Shown here piece by piece: positions 1 to 7,457 of a DNA stretch of 13,125 nucleotides. Location of the stretch: positions 1 through 13,125 of the forward strand of contig CAZYLT010000033.1 in NCBI GenBank assembly GCA_964648855.1. Direction: 5' to 3'. Origin of the DNA: an uncultured archaeon. GTDB taxonomy: Archaea > Asgardarchaeota > Thorarchaeia > Thorarchaeales > Thorarchaeaceae. The notes below the pieces were generated by a model, which did not search any database, was not told where the DNA came from, and saw only the letters and a program-made list of their open reading frames with translations. Both the position numbers and the translations under genes were made by a program. Numbering within the stretch: position 1 is the first letter of the stretch; each line of letters starts with the position of its first letter.

Positions 1-24
1 TCCACCGACTCAACCACCTGGAGT

Positions 25-1260
25 GTGCTGGGAGGTGATTTATTTTACAGGGCCCTTAGCTCCACATTTAGAGACCTTAAAGAACATAGAAAGGCGGTTC
101 TCGAAGCCATTGATAGGTGTGATATATACCCTAGAGGGATGGAGGCATTTGGGGCGCAACCAAAAACCCCTGTTAAGGCAAGCCTTGAAGAAGTAAGAAA
201 GGCGGATATTTTTGTAGGAATCTATGCTCATAGATATGGCTCTATACCTGAGAGATATGAAAGTTCCTTGATTGAATTAGAACTCAACTGTGCTGAAGAG
301 AACGGAATACCCATTCTAGCGTTCATTGTTGATTCATCACACACTTGGCCTAGCGAACTCAAAGACACTGGAGAAAAGAAGAAGAAACTACAGGAGCTGA
401 AAAAGAGAATCGATGCAAGTTATACGCGAGATAATTTCACAACTCCAGATGACCTTGCCATAAAGGTAATTTCTTCCATTGGAAGGCACCTCAAAGAATT
501 ACTTGATAAAACAAGAAAGTCACATCAACCTTCAACTCTCAAGCCAATAGTGGATATATCCAAGGCTTTCAAAAGAAAAGATGACTTATTCCAACCATAC
601 ATGAATGAGTATTTCCGCCCAGATTTCTTGATGCATTTTCAGAAATCACGTAAAGAGAAGTTTTTTGTTATGAAACGACTACACAAAGAGTTTCTTGATA
701 CATTTCAAAAGTCATGTTCGATGGACGTGAAACCCAGCATCGATATCATTCCAGATGATATGTTGCCGTCGGTTTTGGCTCGGTGTATAGGTATTATGGG
801 TACAACGTATGTCCGCGCCACAGACAACATAAAAGACAACGAGATATCTATTACATTTACGCTCAACACAGATTCTCTGAGAAACAGCCGAGAGGAAAAC
901 GAATCATTTCTTGCATGGATGGACGAATTTACAGAATATCAGAGGAAGAACTATGATGATGCATTATTAAATTTGCACGAAAAAATGCAAAACATGGAAC
1001 GAAATGATATATTCGAGAAACTGCGGGCTTTATCTCTTAATCCGATTGAAGGCCTTGCCAGGATAAACAAGCTTCTTGAGCTGAAGATAAAATTTATTGA
1101 TTTGAGAAAAGATGCGTATCGGGAGTATCCAGCGCTCTGGTGGGCATTCATTTCTAGTATGATGATAGACTCCATTCCGGAAACAAAAGACCCTCCAAGC
1201 GACTTTTTGAAATGGGTGATAAGGCAAATGAAGAAACAATCAGAACTAGGAGTCCTGTGA
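25..1260 (+). CDS. DUF4062 (TIR/NDT-like fold) domain protein with an uncharacterised C-terminal region; start codon uncertain
   Basis: The N-terminus SSTFRDLKEHRKAVLEAI...GMEAFGA...SLEEVRKADIFVGIYAHRYGSIP...SLIELELNCAEENGIPILAF matches the DUF4062 pattern. The frame is open back to base 1, and a strong SD (GGAGGTGA, 31-38) lies just inside the called ORF. Confidence 0.8.
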   Translation: MLGGDLFYRALSSTFRDLKEHRKAVLEAIDRCDIYPRGMEAFGAQPKTPVKASLEEVRKADIFVGIYAHRYGSIPERYESSLIELELNCAEENGIPILAFIVDSSHTWPSELKDTGEKKKKLQELKKRIDASYTRDNFTTPDDLAIKVISSIGRHLKELLDKTRKSHQPSTLKPIVDISKAFKRKDDLFQPYMNEYFRPDFLMHFQKSRKEKFFVMKRLHKEFLDTFQKSCSMDVKPSIDIIPDDMLPSVLARCIGIMGTTYVRATDNIKDNEISITFTLNTDSLRNSREENESFLAWMDEFTEYQRKNYDDALLNLHEKMQNMERNDIFEKLRALSLNPIEGLARINKLLELKIKFIDLRKDAYREYPALWWAFISSMMIDSIPETKDPPSDFLKWVIRQMKKQSELGVL

Positions 1261-1273
1261 ACAGAGGAAGGTG

Positions 1274-1405
1274 ATGCTCAATCTGCGAGAGAGCGGACTT
1301 TTTTGGGGGAACATCTCGGAAACGTTGTTTGATGAATTCGGATACACTTGGCCGTACTATGCCATTTCCAAGCGGCACAAGAAATGGAAGAAAGAGGGAG
1401 AATAA
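1274..1405 (+). CDS. Small 43-aa ORF, HTH/Myb-like (MLNLRESGLFWGNISETLFDEFGYTWPYYAISKRHKKWKKEGE); possibly a gene remnant
   Basis: Translated by hand; it is below the ORF-track cutoff. It is preceded by purine-rich GAGGAAGGTG (1264-1273) and followed by a T-tract at 1423-1429. It has an LRExGLxWxxIxxxL...AIxKR pattern. Confidence 0.4.
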   Translation: MLNLRESGLFWGNISETLFDEFGYTWPYYAISKRHKKWKKEGE

Positions 1406-1410
1406 AGCCC

Positions 1411-1430
1411 TCTTCACACCTCTTTTTTTA
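1411..1430 (+). terminator. Oligo-T archaeal-type terminator at the convergence with etfA
   Basis: Pyrimidine-rich tcttcacacctcttttttt directly after the + strand ORFs, overlapping the etfA stop codon. Confidence 0.4.
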
Positions 1431-2627
1431 TCTCTCAGACTGAATCCGTTCAATCTCCTCAATGATATGCGGAACGACCTTGAACAAGTCGCCAACGATA
1501 CCGAAGTCTGCTAAGTGAAAGATAGGAGCTTCCGAGTCCGTATTGACAGCCACCACGAGATCACTGGCCGACATGCCCGCCGCATGTTGCGTCGCCCCAC
1601 TAATCCCCAGCGCGAAATAGAGTTTGGGGCAGATAGTCCTTCCAGACTGACCGACCTGCTGCGTGGGAGGTAGCCACCCGAGGTCCACGATGGGGCGCGA
1701 CCCGCCGACGGCAGCGTCGAGCAAGTCAGCGAGTTTCCTGGGCAGTTCGAGATTGGCGGGATCTTTGATACCGCGACCGCTGCAGACGACCACGTCGGCC
1801 TCTTCAACGGACTTCATGCCCTCGGTGACCTGACTGACTTTCTCGAGGATTTTTGTTCTGACCTGCACGGGGTTGATTTCGATGTCCACCTTCTCAATCT
1901 CGCCTTCTCGTGACGTATCGGGCTCCATCGGTTTGAAGACATTGGGACGACCAGTTGCCATCTGAGGTCTCGTATAGGGAGAGAGTATCTCAGCCATGAT
2001 GTTACCACCAAAGGCGGGACGAGTCTGAACGAGTTGTCGTTCGTCGTCAATGTCCAGCCCTGTGCAGTCTGCAGTGAGGCCAAGACCCATTCGGGCTGCA
2101 ACCCTGGGGGCGAGGTCTCTTCCGTTGCTGGTTGCTCCGTAGAGTACGATTGCTGGTTTTCTTGGTGCAATCAAGGTGTTCATGGCGATGGTGTATGCAT
2201 CAGTAGTATAGTCCTTGAAAATCTCATCATCAACCACAATGACCTTGTCAGCACCGTGATGGATGAGTCGCTCGGCGTCTTTCTCAATGTCATGACCGAT
2301 GATGACAGCCACAACATCTTCTTCCAGCTTATCCGCAAGGGCTCTAGCCTTTCCGAGGAGTTCGGGACCCACACTGCGGATTTTGCCTTCATTGGTTTCA
2401 ATCCATACCCAGACGTCTTTGAATTCAGCAAGATGTTCCTGGTCGATGATTTTCCGTTCTATCGTGATTGCATCGACAGGACATACCTCTTCACAGGAAC
2501 CGCAGAGAACACAATTCTCGAGCTTGAACTTGACCTTGTCACCATCTACCTCAATTGCTCCGAAGTTGCATACCTTTGGACACAACATACAGCCGGTGCA
2601 GGTATCTCTATCATAATGCAGACTCAT
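1428..2627 (-). CDS. etfA: Electron transfer flavoprotein alpha subunit with an N-terminal 2x[4Fe-4S] ferredoxin domain
   Basis: Ferredoxin motifs CTGCMLCPKVC and CVLCGSCEEVCP. ETF-alpha motifs GRDLAPRVAA, GLTADCT, QTRPAFGGN, GRGI, QQVGQSG, LYFALGISGATQH and DFGIVGDL. Confidence 0.96.
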   Translation of the reverse strand: MSLHYDRDTCTGCMLCPKVCNFGAIEVDGDKVKFKLENCVLCGSCEEVCPVDAITIERKIIDQEHLAEFKDVWVWIETNEGKIRSVGPELLGKARALADKLEEDVVAVIIGHDIEKDAERLIHHGADKVIVVDDEIFKDYTTDAYTIAMNTLIAPRKPAIVLYGATSNGRDLAPRVAARMGLGLTADCTGLDIDDERQLVQTRPAFGGNIMAEILSPYTRPQMATGRPNVFKPMEPDTSREGEIEKVDIEINPVQVRTKILEKVSQVTEGMKSVEEADVVVCSGRGIKDPANLELPRKLADLLDAAVGGSRPIVDLGWLPPTQQVGQSGRTICPKLYFALGISGATQHAAGMSASDLVVAVNTDSEAPIFHLADFGIVGDLFKVVPHIIEEIERIQSER

Positions 2628-3416
2628 CTAGATCGCCCCCTTCTTTGCAAGAAATTCAACAAGTTGTCTCGCTGCTTCCTTCGGATCTTCGGCTTCGATT
2701 TTGATGCCGCCTTTCTTCTTCTCGGGCGGGTATACCTTGCGCACTTGTGTTGGTGATCCAGATAGCCCAAGTTCGTCCTCGTCCACATCAAGATCATCAG
2801 CACATATCTCCTCGAGGGGTTTCTTCTTCGCCTTCATGATCCCCATGATGTTGGGAAGACGGGGTTCGTTCAGTCCCTTGTCAGCAGTGATGAGCAAGGG
2901 CATCTTCGCCCGAACAATTTCATAGCCTTCGTCCGTTCCTCGATGGGCAATGACATGTTTCCCATTTTCATCTATCTCGAGATGTCGGACATAGCAAATC
3001 TGGGGGATTCCAAGGAGTTCGGCCATTTCTGGACCCACTTGAGCAGTATCACCATCAATTGCTTGCTTTCCGCAGATTATCAGGTCAAACTCCATCTTCT
3101 TGATTTGCTGTGCCAGGGTCAAGGCGGTAGCCCACGTATCAGCCCCTGCAAACTTCATATCAGTCATATGGACAGCTTTGTCGCCGCCCATGGCAAGAGC
3201 CTTGTACAGAGCCTCTTTTGCTTGTGGGGGGCCCATTGTAATAATGGTGACCTCACCGCCATGTTCTTCCTTCAGTTTGATGGCTTCTTCTACAGCATAT
3301 TCATCAAATGGATTCAAAATGCTGGGAACGCCCTCTCGAATCAGTGTGCCAGTTTCCGGGTCAACCTCTACTTCGGCAACCTCCGGAACTTGCTTGACAG
3401 GTACTATTATCTTCAT
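2628..3416 (-). CDS. etfB: Electron transfer flavoprotein beta subunit
   Basis: Motifs VPVKQVP, LNPFDEYAVEEA, TMGPPQA, AGADTWATA, GKQAIDGDTAQVGP, NEPRLP and GLSGSPTQV. Its stop codon directly abuts the etfA ATG, consistent with an operon. Confidence 0.97.
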   Translation of the reverse strand: MKIIVPVKQVPEVAEVEVDPETGTLIREGVPSILNPFDEYAVEEAIKLKEEHGGEVTIITMGPPQAKEALYKALAMGGDKAVHMTDMKFAGADTWATALTLAQQIKKMEFDLIICGKQAIDGDTAQVGPEMAELLGIPQICYVRHLEIDENGKHVIAHRGTDEGYEIVRAKMPLLITADKGLNEPRLPNIMGIMKAKKKPLEEICADDLDVDEDELGLSGSPTQVRKVYPPEKKKGGIKIEAEDPKEAARQLVEFLAKKGAI

Positions 3417-3600
3417 CAGCTATACACCGCGTTGTATAATGCTCAATCTATGCTTCGCAGACTAGCACTATTATAAAGAAATTTCCATACGGAAAAGAAA
3501 ATTGAAAAGTGCAACCTAGCATTGCCTTACGTAATGCTTTTATCTGACCCATTGCGGATACGATATACGTTCCAATTACACCAGTTGAGGTAGTTTAAAA
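3417..3600. promoter_or_regulatory. Divergent promoter region for etfB and the small membrane protein
   Basis: AT-rich intergenic region. TTTATAATA on the minus strand (about 3469-3477), TTTTAT on the plus strand (about 3538-3543), and SD-like GAGGT at 3587-3591 before the ATG at 3601. Confidence 0.45.
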
Positions 3601-3954
3601 ATGGGCAAAGAAAAGATACTTGGTGCACTGATACTTATCTTCGCACTCTTAGTGATGATTTACTATACATGGGGACTGGTCTTGCTTCAGAACCCCTGGT
3701 TTGGTCTAGGCATGCAGAATTGGGTCACGGATACATTTGACCCAGGCATTCTTCGCGATATATTCCTGCCAGACCCGATGTTTCTGATTATCCTTCCAGT
3801 TTGGTTAGCAGCAGTCTTGATATGCGTAATCGGCATGTGGATAGGTTGGACAATGCTGACAACTCCGGCTCCTGAACCCCTCGAAGACTTCGATTTCGAT
3901 GAAGAGAGCATCGAAGAAGAAGAAACCGAGGAAGCAGTCGAAGACGTCGACTGA
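3601..3954 (+). CDS. Two-TM membrane protein with an acidic tail; DPM2-like (dolichol-phosphate-mannose synthase regulatory subunit-like)
   Basis: TM1 is ILGALILIFALLVMIYYTWGLVLL, the loop ends in FLP, and TM2 is IILPVWLAAVLICVIGMWIGWTMLTT, followed by PAPEP and a D/E-rich tail. An SD is present. The CDS itself is certain; the DPM2 call rests on recalled motif similarity. Confidence 0.65.
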   Translation: MGKEKILGALILIFALLVMIYYTWGLVLLQNPWFGLGMQNWVTDTFDPGILRDIFLPDPMFLIILPVWLAAVLICVIGMWIGWTMLTTPAPEPLEDFDFDEESIEEEETEEAVEDVD

Positions 3955-3980
3955 ACTGGTGTATAGTAATTTGGATTATT

Positions 3981-4002
3981 GAGAGGGTCTTCAGACCCTC
4001 TC
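3981..4002. terminator. Perfect inverted repeat between convergent genes; likely terminator or RNA 3' hairpin
   Basis: GAGAGGGTC-TTCA-GACCCTCTC, a 9-bp stem with a 4-nt loop, between the stops at 3954 (+) and 4043 (-). Confidence 0.6.
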
Positions 4003-4042
4003 CACACATTCTATTTTATAATAACAAACTGAAATTCTCACA

Positions 4043-7000
4043 CTATCTCTTGCATTCCGGAATTTGCAGGACAAATCTGGTTCCGGAAGAAACCTCGCTA
4101 GGCACCGTATCTTCTACCCGCACTGTCCCACCATAACGCTCAATGATTCTCTTGACAAGGGTGAGTCCGATTCCCGACCCAGACCTTCTATCAGGAAGGA
4201 GTCTTGCAAAAAGGGTTTCTTTATGGTCATCTGATATTCCGGGGCCATAGTCGGCAACCGAGATTTCAATCATGTCTTGCGAAGGGATTCTACTTCCTGT
4301 CACTTCAATTTTGGTTTCGTCTGATTCGTCGAATTTTACAGCATTATGGAACAGATTGTAAAAGACATCTACCAGAAAATCGTCAGCTCTTGCACAACAG
4401 TCTTCATCCAAATCGGTCGTTATAGTAACCTCTCTATTCGGAAATGCATTGATGATAGCTTGCCGAGCGCGTTCCACAACGCCAGAAATTTGTGTCTTTG
4501 TGAGCTCGAAGGGGGCCACATCCACCGCAGAAAACTTTCGTACATTCGCAATCAGCTCAAGGCTTCTATTCACTTGATCCAATGCAGCCTGCAGCTTATT
4601 CTTGAGATGGGGAGGCAGGTCCGGATTTAGCAGTAAGAGCTCGAGGGAGATCATAATTCCTTGATGTACGTTGTTTAGGTCGTGTGCCATCAAGTCATTG
4701 AAGAATTCTGCTCGGGCTCTAGCGGCTCTTACTTCTTCTTCAGCCAGTTTCCTTTCAGTTGCATCAGTGATGATGATGTAGTGACTTGCAGATCCATCCT
4801 CATTCATCATGATGGTATACCTATTCTTTACGAATGCCCGTTTTCCGTCCTTCTTTTCAATCCAAAACTCTAGCTCCGTCAACTCGGGCTCACAGGTTCT
4901 CATTTCATTAAAGGCCCTCTCAAGGCGTTCTTGCTCTGCGGGAATTGCAAGGTCCATAGTAGTCTTGTTCATCAGTTCTTCACGCGGATATCCTAGTATC
5001 TCACATGCACGGTCATTTATGAGAACAACACGGTCGTCGCGTCTGATGACCAACCCATCGCGAACAGTCTCAGCAACTAGTTGGAAGTGTTCCTCTGTCG
5101 TTCTGAGTTGTTCTTCAGTCTTCTGTCGCTCTAGGACTGTGGCTAGCAAATCTGCGATTGTATCAAAGAGGGTTCTGTCCAAGTCAACAAATTCCCTTTT
5201 TTCCTTTGCCGCAATACTGAAGACTCCCAACACGTTTTTAGTCGCGTCGAGGATTGGCCAGATTATCAACGATTTAATTCCCAATTCGTGAATTCGTTTG
5301 ATCTGAATTTGAGTTTCATCACTGGCCTCAACATCTCCTACAAGAATGGGTCTCTTGGTTTTTGCAGTACGTGCGATAAGCATATCGGAACCCTCTACAG
5401 ATTCTAAATCGATTTCTTGCTCCACTAGGTCTCTATTGATTCCCTCTAGCGCTATCAGTTGTAACTTGTTTTCCTCTGGCACTAGCAATCTCATGACACC
5501 GAGATCAAAATCAAGTGTTTTAATCAGACCTGATAATACACGACTACACAAATCTGCTGCATTTTCAGAGTGGACGGCAGCATCAGCAACCAAACGGTAG
5601 GCCTCCCGTTCACGATGTAGCATCATCTTAGCTCGATTTCTTTCAGTTATGTCCAGCATTGCTACATATAGGCGGTCCCATGTGTCCTCATGTCCGGGAG
5701 GAATCGTGACATCCAATAGTAGATCCCTAAATTCGCCTGATGCTAGTTGAAATTCCGATTCGCCGCGGAAGTGAGTGGCACCATCAACCAAAGCCAAGAG
5801 TTCTTCTTTGAATACATCAATAGCACCCTCTGAGATGATAGAATCAACCCCTTTGACAAGTTCCTGCTGTGACTCTACGCCATGTAGTTCAAGTGTTGCC
5901 TCGTTTACATTCAGGAGTTTAACAAGGTGAATACATTTTCTTAACTCGTCGGGATGTTCATCGAAGTGCGTCCTGAAATCAGTTATCCCAGAATCACGGA
6001 GCTCATCGAAGTATGCTTTCACTCGGGAGAAATCTTCCTCCCAAAGAGAGATTGGAGAGTCTTCAAACAAGCTTCTGAACCTGCTTTCGCTCTCTCTTAG
6101 TAGTTCTTCAGCCCGACGCTGGTCGCTAATGTCACGAACATATTCAATCACTCCTGTAAGCTCATTTGAGCTTTGGTCAAAAAGGGGAAAAGAATGAAGC
6201 TCAATCATACCTGTCTTTTCGCCATCAGGTCCTATCCTGGGGACATATTCAGTGGCTGGTACGCCTTGTTCAAGAGAAACCCTAGTAGGACACTCGTCAC
6301 AAGGGCTATCACTAAGATGATACGCCTCATAACATTTCTTACCCACAAGAGGAGCCGCATGCATATACCATTTCTTCATGGTTTTGTTGACGCGGATGAT
6401 ATTCAGGTCTTTGTCTAGAATGCTGATTCCATCGGTTATGCTAGAGAATACACTTGAGAGTAGTTTTTCACTCTTAGCCAGTGCTTCATTCGCGACTTGT
6501 ATTTCGCTTATATCCCTTGCAATCCCATAGACTACATTTTCCCCCTGCCATTGCCCCTCAAAGACACGAAGAATGACTGGAATCTGTTTGCCTTCCGCTG
6601 TTAAGAGAGAGAGTGTGCATTGGTCTATCTTCTCATCTAAAATGCCACTTACGAGATTTTCAATTTCCTCTTGGTTCTCAAGTGGATGTAGCTGCGCAAT
6701 ATGCATCCCTTTGAGATCTGAGGGCGTATAGCCAATACGTTGCTGAAAGAATTCATTAAATGCCAGAATTTTGCCTTCGTTATCCAAGACAAAGAAAAAG
6801 TCTTCTGCCCTATCAAGAATGGATTTGATTGAATTCATGCTCTCTTGAGCACGTTTTTCTGCTTGATGCACTCGTTTTTCAGCTGCTTCAATGGCAGTTT
6901 GTTCTGTAAGATCTCGGATGAGGAGTGAAACCATGCTGTCCTCTCCTAGCTTTGTAACATCCGTAGATACTGAAATTTTTCGAACTCTGCCACGAGAATC

Positions 7001-7300
7001 AACAAACTCGTACTCATCCTCATCATGTGTAGCGTCGCCGTTTAGAAGCATGAAGTATCGCTCAAGAACAGCTGGCGCTGCATTGTGGAGGAGTGACTTG
7101 GAAACATCAGTGATTCTCTTGCCTAGCAGTTCTTGTTTCTCAGTTTCAAACAAATCAGCGAGAGCCTGATTGACATATAGAATAGTATTATCTCTCAGCA
7201 CCAAGATTCCGTTGGTAGATTTGTCCATAAGCAGTTTTATTGAATCAGCATCAAGCCCTGGTATTTCACGCTTGGTATCCTGATTTGTCAATTGCTTCAC
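4043..7300 (-). CDS. Soluble sensor histidine kinase: PAS x4 - GAF - PAS - HisKA - HATPase_c
   Basis: Repeated PAS/PAC ends (RDLTEQ, RDISE, RDISDQRRAE, LDITERNRA, TDATERKLAEE) and a GAF region (SLIIWPIL...LGVFSIA). H-box DLMAHDLNN, N-box NLFHNAVKF, G1 DYGPGI, G2 GSGIGL. The real start is probably the TTG at 7291, because the SD GGAGGTGA overlaps the called GTG. Confidence 0.95.
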   Translation of the reverse strand: MKQLTNQDTKREIPGLDADSIKLLMDKSTNGILVLRDNTILYVNQALADLFETEKQELLGKRITDVSKSLLHNAAPAVLERYFMLLNGDATHDEDEYEFVDSRGRVRKISVSTDVTKLGEDSMVSLLIRDLTEQTAIEAAEKRVHQAEKRAQESMNSIKSILDRAEDFFFVLDNEGKILAFNEFFQQRIGYTPSDLKGMHIAQLHPLENQEEIENLVSGILDEKIDQCTLSLLTAEGKQIPVILRVFEGQWQGENVVYGIARDISEIQVANEALAKSEKLLSSVFSSITDGISILDKDLNIIRVNKTMKKWYMHAAPLVGKKCYEAYHLSDSPCDECPTRVSLEQGVPATEYVPRIGPDGEKTGMIELHSFPLFDQSSNELTGVIEYVRDISDQRRAEELLRESESRFRSLFEDSPISLWEEDFSRVKAYFDELRDSGITDFRTHFDEHPDELRKCIHLVKLLNVNEATLELHGVESQQELVKGVDSIISEGAIDVFKEELLALVDGATHFRGESEFQLASGEFRDLLLDVTIPPGHEDTWDRLYVAMLDITERNRAKMMLHREREAYRLVADAAVHSENAADLCSRVLSGLIKTLDFDLGVMRLLVPEENKLQLIALEGINRDLVEQEIDLESVEGSDMLIARTAKTKRPILVGDVEASDETQIQIKRIHELGIKSLIIWPILDATKNVLGVFSIAAKEKREFVDLDRTLFDTIADLLATVLERQKTEEQLRTTEEHFQLVAETVRDGLVIRRDDRVVLINDRACEILGYPREELMNKTTMDLAIPAEQERLERAFNEMRTCEPELTELEFWIEKKDGKRAFVKNRYTIMMNEDGSASHYIIITDATERKLAEEEVRAARARAEFFNDLMAHDLNNVHQGIMISLELLLLNPDLPPHLKNKLQAALDQVNRSLELIANVRKFSAVDVAPFELTKTQISGVVERARQAIINAFPNREVTITTDLDEDCCARADDFLVDVFYNLFHNAVKFDESDETKIEVTGSRIPSQDMIEISVADYGPGISDDHKETLFARLLPDRRSGSGIGLTLVKRIIERYGGTVRVEDTVPSEVSSGTRFVLQIPECKR

Positions 7301-7457
7301 CTCCGGCTCTCGCTATCAAACGAACCCTCGTAGAGCCTCAACTTCGATGACATCCCTGATGACAATATTGGGATTACAGAACTATATAGGTAATTCGAAT
7401 ATCTAATTTACTCTCATGAATAGAATAGAGTGCCTTGATTATCGCCAGATGTGCTTC

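Noticed and set aside
1329-1514. 61-aa + ORF and the 113-aa - ORF at 1154-1495
   Set aside because: They overlap etfA or the DUF4062 gene, run through the T-tract and lack protein-like features. The 1274-1405 frame is better supported.
2034-3476. Long antisense ORFs (240 aa, 177 aa and others) opposite etfAB
   Set aside because: They are shadows of well-supported genes with no recognisable motifs. The same applies to the antisense ORFs over the kinase, mutase, rps19 and 10086-11012.
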